64,000 nucleotides of DNA from a virus (lineage: Duplodnaviria; Caudoviricetes), in the IMG/VR virus record IMGVR_UViG_3300014208_000026, positions 128,001-192,000 of that record; one strand, written 5' to 3'. The notes below the pieces were generated by a model. The model worked only from the letters and a program-made list of their open reading frames with translations, did not search any database and was not told where the DNA came from. Positions 42,814 to 53,000 of this stretch are shown here, piece after piece. Numbering within the stretch: the stretch's first letter is position 1; each line of letters opens with the position of its first letter. Position numbers and translations under genes: made by a program.

Positions 42814-45800
42814 GTGATAGCTTAAGCTCGCGCCCATATATTGGCACATATAGGCTGAACAATCGAACTCTTGTTCAGTATACTCCTGACTGTTTGGTAT
42901 TTGTTAACGGCGATCAAACCATTCCTGGTTGTCCTAAATGCAATGGGCGTATTGATATTCAGCCTTACGTAACCCAAGTTTCTGTTGATGCTGGCGTTGA
43001 CGCTGGTTCTCATCAAGCCAATTTCAACCTATCTGTGCCCAAAACACTTATGTCATCTTTTTCTCGTGATGCCAAATATTTGGTCCGTCCAAGCATGGAA
43101 ATTCACATATATATGAAAGGTTTTTTTGCCCTTAAAGGCATGTATGCCAACCTTAATTCCGAAGAATTAGGTCTAGGCGATGTTGATCTTACAGGTGTGT
43201 TAAACTATCCCTACTATCATGTTTTTCACGGTGTAATCACTCAAGTTGATGTGAACGAAGCAGGGGGTTTCCAGCAGTTCACGGTAAACTGTGCTTCTAT
43301 GTTGTATTTCTGGCAGTATCAGGATATCTCTACCAATGCATCTTACTTTGGTGCTAGACCTGATAATGGTATGCTCAGGATGTCCTATGTGGGCCACACG
43401 CTTACGGGCAAAACACCATATCAGATTGTTTATCAGATGTTTCATGACGTCGCGGGTGCTGCTTCTGGTGTGGCCCAGGTTTTCTCGGACCAGACCAACG
43501 TGGCGTCCGTATCCGAGACGGGGAGAACAATGTTCTCGGTTGCCCTGGAGTATTGGAAGAGGCGTTTCAGCACCAAGATAAACAACCTCCGGATGTTCGG
43601 GGCCAGCGGGAAACTGTTCAACACGGCCCAGGCCGCATGGCTAGGGCAGGCCTCGTTAGACAGCGTGCTTTCTGTGATGAAGTTCCGGTTTGACACTCAG
43701 GGGTCTGGTCAGACCGAAGTCTATCCGGCGAACGATCAGGCAAATCGTCAGAAGGCGATCATCGCAGGCCAGTTGTCTGAAGCTGAGAAGTCTAGTCCCA
43801 CTGGAGGCCCTATCAACGTTGCGGAGAAGCTGGCCTTCATTAACGATATTGGCCAGTGGGGGCAGATCAACATTTTCGAATCTTCCTACGAGCCGAAGCT
43901 GGATATCATCAACCGCGTAGTAGAGGTTACGGGTTGGGAGTTCTTCCAGGACGTCGACGGTGACTTCGTTTTTAAGCCGCCTTTTTATAATTTGGATACC
44001 TCCACGAGTCGTGTCTACAGGTTGGAGGATGGGGATATCATCGACATTTCCCATTCGACCAAGGAGCCTGAAGCGACCTTCGTGACCCTCAAGGGTTCCC
44101 AGGTTAAGAACTACACTGGCACGGGGATGGAGAACGAGTGGGGGGTCAGAGGCCAGTATATCGACTACCGGTTGGTGGCTCAGTATGGGTGGCGGCCCCA
44201 CAACTTCGACACGGCCTATTTCAACGATCCCAAGAGCATGTTCTTCGCGGCTGTGAATCGGCTGGACGTGTTGAATGCTAAGATCAACTCCGGTTCTGCT
44301 ACAATTCCTATCCGTCCAGAGATTCGTCCTGGATATCCTGTTTACGTGCCTAGGTACGACTGTTATTTCTATGTCGAAAATTTGAGTCATTCATACCAGC
44401 CCGGGGGGTCGTGTACGACCACTCTGACCCTGACAGCGAAACGGGGGAAGTTCTACCCCCCGGGGGACCTAGAGGCTCCGGACGACAGTATTTCGAAGAC
44501 CGTGAAGCTGGATAAGCTGTGGATGCCTGAGCGTCCGATCCGAGTAGAGAACGACGCAGGGGAGTCCCGACTTTCTGGTTTCCCGAACGTGGTCATGGCT
44601 CTCGACACGGAGCATATCAATCCCATGACGGCTATTCTGGGTTCGGATGCTGAGGACTACCTTCGGGATGCTGACTCTTTGAGGCTGTTCATTGATGCTG
44701 CTGTCGAGTTGGGTAACGTGCTGAGAAAAGTAGATAATGAGCCCGGCGTCTACGAGATGATTGACTCGGAGACAACGAAGAAAAGATTCTCCCTCGGTAC
44801 TACGGTCCCTGGTGCTGTTGATTTGCAGAAAGCGGCCAATGACTACGTGTCGGCTCAAGGTATGATAGTGTCGATCAATACCGGTAAGCAAAAGGATATA
44901 GTTACTTTAAATAAGAAAATAGCCGCCCTGTCTAAGTCGAAAGATGAGGCCGAGGTTAAAGGGGACACTAAAAAAGTCGAGGCACTACAGAAACAGATCG
45001 ATACTGCCCAAACCAACGTCGAGGATATTAATGCCGGTCTCATAACTTCTAAAGCGGCATCTGGACTAGTAGGGGACGGGGCCGAAGATATGAACGCGCT
45101 GATCTCCCTCATCAACGCCGTAACCAAGTCCATGGAAGGGAGTAGCGACTACCCGAAGGCCAACAGTACTGCCAACCTGCTTGATATTCTCAGTGACAAG
45201 AAAGCTTCGATGAGCTGTGGGACCCAGCCTGGATATTACCGGTACTTCTCGGCTTCGCACCCCGATGCAGAACAGCAGGGTCAGAAGAAGGTGATCTACG
45301 ATAAGGACGGGAAGACTCTGGTTGCTGTCACGGTTGCGGGTTCTACTCGCCTAATGAGGTTCCACGGTGCTGCGGAGCCGTATAGGATGGAACCTGAAGA
45401 GGTGAGCGGGATTCGGGGGATTGAGATTCTGAGCAATGACCCTAAGTTTCAGCCTACCAAGATCGTGCCGACAAACGAAATCCGAACCCTGGAGTTCGCC
45501 GTGAACTCGATTCGGAAGCCGCAGTACCGCACGGCTCTCGATCAGAGTGAATCGCCGGTTGCCATTGCCGATAGAACGGCTCAGGACGTAGCCAATCGGG
45601 CTCCTGGGGAAGTTCCGGGTGAGACGGATATACTCAGCGAGGCTTTTGCTGACTGTTTGGGGGCTTTTGAAGTGCCGCCTACGGCGGTTCAGGTCAAAGG
45701 CAAGACCTTGTTGATGACGAGTACTTTCGGTGACGCCAAAACCGCCTTGGGAGAAGCTGGGAAGAACGGGGCTTACGTCAGAGACGCTATCGCTCAGGCT

Positions 45801-47018
45801 TTTGGGGCGCTGCGAAAGAAACAGCTCCAGAGCACGTTTGCCAGTACCTACGCAGCGACGGTGCAACCAAAGGTGGGATCAGCACAGGAGGCCACAGCGA
45901 CCACAGAGCAAGCAAAAACGGCTAGTCGGTCTACAAAGGATCTGAACAGCACTGCGGCGTCAGCCACTAAGGAGGGTCAGAGGCTTGCAGTATTGGGTAG
46001 TCCTACGGCGGATCCTGACACTCTGGCAAATCTCAATTCTCTAACAAATCCGACTTCGGCTACCTCGGCCGAAGTCCAGGCAGTCTGGGATGCACAGGCA
46101 GCGAAGATAAAGCAGCAAGAGGCGTACCTTTATGCTCTTGAGCACAAGCTGCCCCTACCGCAGGCTCCTGCAAGCCCCGCTGCATCTTCAACCAGCGGAG
46201 CAGGCGCCGCTGTCCCCATATCCCCAAAGACAACCAACCACCCTCAGAAAACCTCTCCCAAGAAGGTTCAAGTCCCGATGGACCTGAATGTTCCTAGTCC
46301 CGTATTCCCCGTCTCGGACGGCAGAGGCTACGAGGTTATTGGGTCTTATCGCTACGGTAGAGACGTGAGTATCGAACCTGGGGGGTCTTTGGATCAGATT
46401 GCCCGCTATGACCCCTTTGGTTTAGCGGACAGGGAAGCAACCGAAGCGTTCATGGAGTCCTTGATGGCTGGACGTGCCGATATCTCTGGTAAAGAGGACG
46501 CTCTTATCGCCTCCATTCGGAACAACAGCTTGATGTCAGGCCGTAGCGGGGATGTTCTGGACGCTCCGCTCACGGGCTCTCCTGACACCGCCGCTATCAA
46601 CCAAGGTTTGCGGAACATGATTGCGACTTCGTTGAAGGGCGAGGCTAAGCAGCCTATCACGAATACCGCCTACTCCCTGGCTGCTTTGCAGATTCACAGC
46701 AGCCAGAAACCTTGTGCCTGCCGTGCTTCTGAGGCGAACGTCATGGTTGCCGCTCTGTCCAACAACTTCTCGGATATCTCGGTCGAATCCGTTCCTGCGG
46801 GGATGGACGCCATTACGGGTAAGTACCGCGAGGAAATGCTGGCTAAGGCTCTGGCTTGGAAGCAGCAGCAAGACGCCCTGCGGGGTACCGGAGCACCGGA
46901 AAACAGTTTCATCGATACAATCAAGGGAGAGGCAGACAAGCTGTGGCGGTCTCCTGAGAACGTGGATGCTATCATGCGGGAAAAAGATGCTCTCCTAGCT
47001 AAAGCGAGGGAATTGTAA
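42810..47018 (+). CDS. Baseplate hub protein (gp27/gpD-like) with large insertion
   Basis: 1402 aa; WEFFQDVDGDFVFKPP, GSATIPIRPEIRPGYPVY...YVENLSHSY...TTLTL hub motifs. Confidence 0.8.
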   Translation: MSDSLSSRPYIGTYRLNNRTLVQYTPDCLVFVNGDQTIPGCPKCNGRIDIQPYVTQVSVDAGVDAGSHQANFNLSVPKTLMSSFSRDAKYLVRPSMEIHIYMKGFFALKGMYANLNSEELGLGDVDLTGVLNYPYYHVFHGVITQVDVNEAGGFQQFTVNCASMLYFWQYQDISTNASYFGARPDNGMLRMSYVGHTLTGKTPYQIVYQMFHDVAGAASGVAQVFSDQTNVASVSETGRTMFSVALEYWKRRFSTKINNLRMFGASGKLFNTAQAAWLGQASLDSVLSVMKFRFDTQGSGQTEVYPANDQANRQKAIIAGQLSEAEKSSPTGGPINVAEKLAFINDIGQWGQINIFESSYEPKLDIINRVVEVTGWEFFQDVDGDFVFKPPFYNLDTSTSRVYRLEDGDIIDISHSTKEPEATFVTLKGSQVKNYTGTGMENEWGVRGQYIDYRLVAQYGWRPHNFDTAYFNDPKSMFFAAVNRLDVLNAKINSGSATIPIRPEIRPGYPVYVPRYDCYFYVENLSHSYQPGGSCTTTLTLTAKRGKFYPPGDLEAPDDSISKTVKLDKLWMPERPIRVENDAGESRLSGFPNVVMALDTEHINPMTAILGSDAEDYLRDADSLRLFIDAAVELGNVLRKVDNEPGVYEMIDSETTKKRFSLGTTVPGAVDLQKAANDYVSAQGMIVSINTGKQKDIVTLNKKIAALSKSKDEAEVKGDTKKVEALQKQIDTAQTNVEDINAGLITSKAASGLVGDGAEDMNALISLINAVTKSMEGSSDYPKANSTANLLDILSDKKASMSCGTQPGYYRYFSASHPDAEQQGQKKVIYDKDGKTLVAVTVAGSTRLMRFHGAAEPYRMEPEEVSGIRGIEILSNDPKFQPTKIVPTNEIRTLEFAVNSIRKPQYRTALDQSESPVAIADRTAQDVANRAPGEVPGETDILSEAFADCLGAFEVPPTAVQVKGKTLLMTSTFGDAKTALGEAGKNGAYVRDAIAQAFGALRKKQLQSTFASTYAATVQPKVGSAQEATATTEQAKTASRSTKDLNSTAASATKEGQRLAVLGSPTADPDTLANLNSLTNPTSATSAEVQAVWDAQAAKIKQQEAYLYALEHKLPLPQAPASPAASSTSGAGAAVPISPKTTNHPQKTSPKKVQVPMDLNVPSPVFPVSDGRGYEVIGSYRYGRDVSIEPGGSLDQIARYDPFGLADREATEAFMESLMAGRADISGKEDALIASIRNNSLMSGRSGDVLDAPLTGSPDTAAINQGLRNMIATSLKGEAKQPITNTAYSLAALQIHSSQKPCACRASEANVMVAALSNNFSDISVESVPAGMDAITGKYREEMLAKALAWKQQQDALRGTGAPENSFIDTIKGEADKLWRSPENVDAIMREKDALLAKAREL

Positions 47019-49417
47019 TGGCTCCCAAACTCCCTGAATACCTGTCGAAGGTTCTCCCTGGCCGGATGAGCGTGGACTTCAAACCTAAGCTCTCGAAGAA
47101 GCGGGCCTCTCCCAGCAGCGGGTATTCGACGTGGGGTTTTGGGCTGGCCCGTGTCAAGATTGTCAACTACGAAGAGTTCACGGTTACGCTTCAGGTTGTC
47201 TCGGGAGAGGATAACCTGTTCCAGCACGTTCCGGTTCCGATCGGAATGTCGGGGGCGGGGGCCCGGCACATTTCAGGTTCCATGCCGATGGTTGGGGACC
47301 ACTGTTTCGTGGGTTGGATGGCCCAGGAAAGTTCTGGCGGGAATCGGACGCCTGTCATCATCAACTGGGTTGTGCCTGGGGCATGGCCTGGACACGATTG
47401 GCTCCCTACGCAGCCTTTCACGCCCGATGAATTCGGTTTCACGCATGCTGACAACGCCTTCACAGGGAATGCATACCAGAGGGAAAGGCACAAGCTCCGT
47501 CATTACCGGCCCGGGAATGAGTTTGCTTCTTCTGCCCAAGGGGCTGATTTCCTGTTGAATGAGGGTGTTTTGCTCTCCGACCGTAGAGGGGATGAGCTTC
47601 GTTTGAGGGACCAGGACCAAGCCCTGGTCGTTAGATCCCTTCAGCAGTTCCACGCCATGGCGGGCGTCCGTGTTTATGGGGGCATGGTCCAGAGGGATGC
47701 TACGTTCCTGCCCACTCAAATGTTCTCTGACGGTTTTGATTGGGCTGGACCCCGACAATCCGCAAATCGGAATCCCGTCCCCGAATGGGAACTTGGGCCC
47801 ATGATGGGTTTTCCTGCGGGGTTCTTGACTCCCGATCTCTCCATGCAACGTCTTCCTCTGGGAACCACGCAGACCGGGGTTTCAGGGGCCAGCCTAACGG
47901 ATCCTTTGGACCCGTTCAAGTTCCTGCAGCGGGGCCTGTTCGTCGACGCCAAGGGGTATGCCGATGGGCTCACCCTTGGGGACACTGTTCTCCAGAAGGC
48001 CGTATACGGGGGAAAGACTATCTATCGGGTGTCTCTCCCCGACTCTACGAACCGGCCTGACAATGCCGTTACGGAGTTCCAGAAGCCCGCTTTGACGGAG
48101 TATCGCATCGAAGTGGCCCACACGGCGGATGGGAAGTTGCCTGTTACGGAACAGACTGACGGGTTCGATGCTGAGAGGTTGCCTGACGCCAGCGGCAAGT
48201 CTGCGAATGCTCCTTTCATCGAGATGGTGTGGGGCAGTGTCGTGGGCAACGACCCCTATACGGCTATGGGTCGCCTCCAGTACGCAATTCCCCTGAAGCC
48301 TGTTATCGTGAATGAAGCAGGACAGACCGAGCCGGATATGCGGATCGCTCTTGGGTCGGAACTCAAGGACTACGCCGCTACCCTGTTCCGGCTCCGTCCC
48401 CCCATGCCCGACCCGCCGAAGACCACGTTCTGGTCGACTACAATGGATGGGCGGTTCAAGGCTTTCATCGGGGGATCTCCCGATGATTTCTCGGTAGATG
48501 CAGCTTTGGAAGGCGGGTTGCGTCTCCGTGTGGGCGGGCGAGTTGAGTTGGGGTTCGATGGTGGTTTCAACCTGTCGACGAGAAGCGGAAGCCCCTCGAA
48601 CAATAACGTCGGGTTGGGGCTCAGTTCCCAGACCGGAGCCGTGCATGTTTACGGTGGCGGGGAGATGACCGGTGACTCCGTGATCTTGGGTAAGGGGTCC
48701 GGGGTAGCCGCCTACAGTCTGATCATGGAAGGGCGGCTCAATGCTCTTGTAAAGGCGTCGAGGCAGGTTCAGATCCAGAGCGCCGATATCACTCTCGGGT
48801 CGGACACGCAGAAGCTTTCGGCCAAGTCAAACATCTCTATCGAGGCAGGGGATAGGATCGGGCTCACCGCTAAGACCCTGGATCTCTCGACCAGCGGGAA
48901 GTGCTCCATGTCGTTCGGCGGGCCGAAGGACCAACTGCCTCCTAATGGGCCTTTGCGGGACACTACTTTCACGACCTTGATTCCTAACCCTGAAGCGGTA
49001 GTAGACAAATATTTTGTGCTGGCAGGTAGCAGAGAAGAGAAGTTCATTGCAGGAAGCCACTCCACTACGATTCTTGTCGGGAACTTGTCTTTTGCCACCC
49101 TTGCCGGAGAGTGGAAAGCTACTGCTGGATTGAATTCTCTTGCCGTAGAAACCGCTTCGGGGCTGAAAGCCAATGTACAGTTGGGGGACGTTCTGTTACA
49201 GGCTCTTGTCGGGGACGCTACCCTAAAAGGGTTGAAATCCGTGACGGTGAAATCGGTGGGAAACGCTACTGTCAGCGGAGGTACCGGCCTGTATCTGGGC
49301 GGCCCTGGCAAGGTTGGGGGTATAGTAAGCGGGGCGGATTTGGATCCGCTGACGGGAGCCCTTTTGTCTTCCTATTTCATGGGGAGCCCTGGACACCAGC
49401 TAACGGCGCCAAGTTAA
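47018..49417 (+). CDS. Baseplate spike (gp5/gpV/VgrG-like)
   Basis: N-terminal OB-fold pattern GLARVKIVNYE...VPV...MPMVGDHCFVGW; C-terminal beta-strand repeats. Confidence 0.7.
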   Translation: MAPKLPEYLSKVLPGRMSVDFKPKLSKKRASPSSGYSTWGFGLARVKIVNYEEFTVTLQVVSGEDNLFQHVPVPIGMSGAGARHISGSMPMVGDHCFVGWMAQESSGGNRTPVIINWVVPGAWPGHDWLPTQPFTPDEFGFTHADNAFTGNAYQRERHKLRHYRPGNEFASSAQGADFLLNEGVLLSDRRGDELRLRDQDQALVVRSLQQFHAMAGVRVYGGMVQRDATFLPTQMFSDGFDWAGPRQSANRNPVPEWELGPMMGFPAGFLTPDLSMQRLPLGTTQTGVSGASLTDPLDPFKFLQRGLFVDAKGYADGLTLGDTVLQKAVYGGKTIYRVSLPDSTNRPDNAVTEFQKPALTEYRIEVAHTADGKLPVTEQTDGFDAERLPDASGKSANAPFIEMVWGSVVGNDPYTAMGRLQYAIPLKPVIVNEAGQTEPDMRIALGSELKDYAATLFRLRPPMPDPPKTTFWSTTMDGRFKAFIGGSPDDFSVDAALEGGLRLRVGGRVELGFDGGFNLSTRSGSPSNNNVGLGLSSQTGAVHVYGGGEMTGDSVILGKGSGVAAYSLIMEGRLNALVKASRQVQIQSADITLGSDTQKLSAKSNISIEAGDRIGLTAKTLDLSTSGKCSMSFGGPKDQLPPNGPLRDTTFTTLIPNPEAVVDKYFVLAGSREEKFIAGSHSTTILVGNLSFATLAGEWKATAGLNSLAVETASGLKANVQLGDVLLQALVGDATLKGLKSVTVKSVGNATVSGGTGLYLGGPGKVGGIVSGADLDPLTGALLSSYFMGSPGHQLTAPS

Positions 49418-49433
49418 GGGAGATTGAAACCAT

Positions 49434-50006
49434 ATGCCTCTTTCTGGACCGCAAATAGCCGCTGAGATTCAGGCCGCTGGAGGCAGTTGGTCGGGGCTAT
49501 CCTTTCCGTCGATTGCTCAGGCGATTGGATCGGCAGTCCAGCAGTGGTCCATGTCTCCCGCCAGCTTGGCTCTCTCAGGGACTACCAGTGGTTCTCCTGG
49601 GGCGGGGGTTGTGACGGGAAAGCTGACGTTGAATTCCGCTCCCTCTCGTGTGTATGACGGTTTGCTTTCGGCGGGAGTGGCAGGACTTATCGCGTCCGAC
49701 TTGGCCGCTTTCGTGTCGATTGGTCTGGCCAAAACGGTTACGTCCGCTGGTTACTACACGGGTTCTTCCGTGGGAGTGGCTTTAGGGTCTGACGTGTCCG
49801 CGGTTTCTATTTCCGATCCTGTTACGCTTACAATGCTATTGAACGCCTATTTGAAACCAGGGCTCACGGCTCCTATGCTGGCTTCTGGTTTGGGGTTGGG
49901 GATCAGTAGCCTGTTTCGAACCATGACGGGATCGGGGGGCGTGGCCGGTACTCCTCTTTCAGGGCCCCCCGCAGTAGGGAGTAGCCCTTTGAGTAAGGTG
50001 ATTTGA
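49434..50006 (+). CDS. Small Gly/Ser/Ala-rich baseplate-associated protein
   Basis: 190 aa directly after the spike gene. Confidence 0.65.
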   Translation: MPLSGPQIAAEIQAAGGSWSGLSFPSIAQAIGSAVQQWSMSPASLALSGTTSGSPGAGVVTGKLTLNSAPSRVYDGLLSAGVAGLIASDLAAFVSIGLAKTVTSAGYYTGSSVGVALGSDVSAVSISDPVTLTMLLNAYLKPGLTAPMLASGLGLGISSLFRTMTGSGGVAGTPLSGPPAVGSSPLSKVI

Positions 50007-53000
50007 TGGGTAAGTTCGTCTACAAGGCAGTTCGGGCGGCGGCTTCTAATGCCAAAACCACAGAGGTTCCGACTGGCGGAGTTCTGCGGGACTACAAGGT
50101 TCTGCCTCAAGCTTTCGCCTATGCGGATCCTGTTCAATTCGTCGACGTGCCTGGAGAGCAGTATCGCACGGCTATCCTGAATAGCTCTGTCCAGGGGGAT
50201 ACGGAGTACCTGCTTTGGGCCGCGAATGGCGGGAGCCTGTCCATTGGAGATCCTACGTGGGTGTTGGAGGATGGGGCCGGAACCATCCCCACGGGGATGC
50301 TAGTAGATACGGGGGCTGTTCATACCGACGGATCTGATTCCATTATCGTGACGGGTGGAGACGGAAGAACCGTTACTTCCGTAGTCCGGGTTGAAGTGGT
50401 GCGGGGAGATGTTCCTGGCTCTGTTATCACGGTTGTTGCATTTGGTTCCGTGAGCCTGACGGGTCGCGTTACATTCGACGGGGCTACACTCCTGTCGTTG
50501 GACGGCGGAGTGTTCCAATCCAGGGGGGACTATATCAAGTCGGTCTGGTACCAGACCGAGCCCGTGAAGTTCTGGTGGTCCCGCAACGATCCTCAACGGA
50601 CTCGCTTCGGTTGGAACAATCAAGTCCAGCGGTGGGAGCCCTACAAGGGCTCTTCGGTCAAAGACTTGGGGCTACTTACCCCCGACGGACGTTACCTCCT
50701 ATCCCCCCGACCCAACCAGTTGAACAGGGGGGAGACGCTACCTGGGGAATTCGCTACTCCCGATACTTACGCAATGGTTCGTTTGGGGCAGTACCCCGAC
50801 AGTAACAGTGACCCTGTAGCTGCGGACGGCCCCGGGGCTTTCACGGGTATTGAAATCGTGTCCGATGAAGAAGCACAGGGCACGGGGTTTGTCTGGGGCA
50901 CTCAGGCGGGTATTGTCGGGGAGACGGGCGGGGTCCTGCAATGGAACCCTGTTTTCCTTAATACCTATGCTGGAAAGACTGTTTGGTACACTCCGCAGGA
51001 CTTCGAGACGGACGTAAACGGTTTTGTTGGAAACATTTCTGTTGGGAACCACCTGCATATCGCCCCTATTCCCGGCCCCACGGACTACCCTTTCATTCGG
51101 GTCGGGACTTGTCGGTACTTGAACGTTCTTGTTGTGGCCGATGAGGCGACGCAAGCTGGCGTGTCTCCCGCTCTCGATGAAGTGGTGGTGGCACTGTCGA
51201 CGGGTAAGCTGAAGTTCAATTCTGGTTTGCTCGCAAAAGCGGACCCGACTGATCCCGCTTTCGATATTCAGTATCTGGGGGCAGAGGTCTACTACGATGG
51301 TGTGGCTCTAACTCAGCAGCCTGTTCCTACCGTAGCCCCTGCCGCTCTTACGGGACCCCTGGACGATCTGTATGCCCCCCTCGCGGACTTTGCTACCGAC
51401 CTCGGTACAAGTGGTGTGCTGTACCTCCCCGATCAGACAGGATTGGTTCCTCAGCCTGGAACCCCTGGTATTCGCCCTGGTGGAGATACCCTGGCGGCTA
51501 CGGCTACGGGGTTGGTTCGTCAGGCCGAGACTTTCGGGGATCTGCTTATTTTCGGTAGTACCCGTGTGTTGGAGAAGGTCATTGTAGTGGATACGGAGAA
51601 CGACGCTCCGAAGCACGCTTTCAAGATCCCCGCGGGGACAGCTTATCTTTCTCGGGACACCGGTCGAGTGTTCCTGTCCCGTAAGGACCAGCATGACTTT
51701 GCCGGACAGCAGTTGTATATCCTTCAGGCTCTCTGTCGTCCGGCGGTTTCGGTTCCTAGGGCCGTTCTCTACTCTCGGCTGGCTTCTCCTTTCACATTGG
51801 AGGGGGCAGATAAACTGTACTTTGCTCTGGACAGCACCTCTTATGTTTGGACCAGTACGCTTGGGGCGGGTACATTCACGGCCCAGCAGATAGTTACGAA
51901 CATCCAAGCCAATACGGCCCCCGCGATTGCCGCTTGGCAGGTCGCGGTTGTTGGGGACCAGATCATTTTGCAGGACGCTCTGGCGGTCGAGATCGGTTGG
52001 GGGGCTTCGCTGACGGACAAGGACTTGTCTGGAGCCAGGGCCCTTGGTTTCCTCCCTGGTTGGAGAGCAACTGCCGCGGGTGGCTGGCTCCCCGACTCTG
52101 GATTCGCTTTCGGGTTGGAACGTAGTCCTGTCAATCTTGACCGTACGGGACCGGAGTCGGACGCTCTGGCCGAGTACAGGACCGAGGACCTGACTCTCTC
52201 CAAGTCCGTGAAGGCCCAGCCGTTCATGTTCTTGGATCAGATTCCTATTCAGGACGTGGCGGGCTACGATGATGACGTGTTTTATCGCTTGACTTCTACG
52301 GTCCAGCGTGGTTCCACGTCCTATACCGTGACTCGACAACTCCAGAACTTCGTGAACGTGAAGTACGATTTCGGGCAGAAGAAGTTGCTCTGGCTGGACA
52401 GTTACGAGAGCACCTCCTTGATCCAGCAGCCTACCTCCGCTTTCTACCTCGGGCAGTTGAACGTCATTCCAGAGACTATGTATCTACCCAGTAACGGGGT
52501 GTGGGTTTCCCGTACGGGAGGGCCGTTACAAAAGCTGGTATACGGAGAGGATTTTATCCTTCCCAACTCCGGAGTGCCTGGAGTGGCTCAGCTAATCCGC
52601 AGGGTCGGGGATACTGAAATGTCCGGTGCGAGAGGACAGTTCACGGCTCTTTCCTCCTCCTTCACGGATCCCGACGCCGATTTCACTTCGGTCCAAGACG
52701 GGTACATTCTGAAGATTCTCGTTGGGGAAGCGGAGGGCTCTTATGTTGTGACTTCAGCGGTTCCGGCATTCCTGACGGTTACTCCGGCTTTTGCTGTCTC
52801 GTCCCCCAGTGCGACCCCTACTGAGTGGGTGGTCTACAAAGCCCATCGCAGGGACGTGTACGATGCGTCGGCTCCGGTTGTATTGGCGGACGTGACCTAT
52901 CGGGAGTTCAACCACCTGACCTCAGAGCCTTTCAAGATTCATGCTCTTTCCTACGTGGGGGACGTACCGGTCGACGCGACTGCGCAGTTTGCGCATCGGC

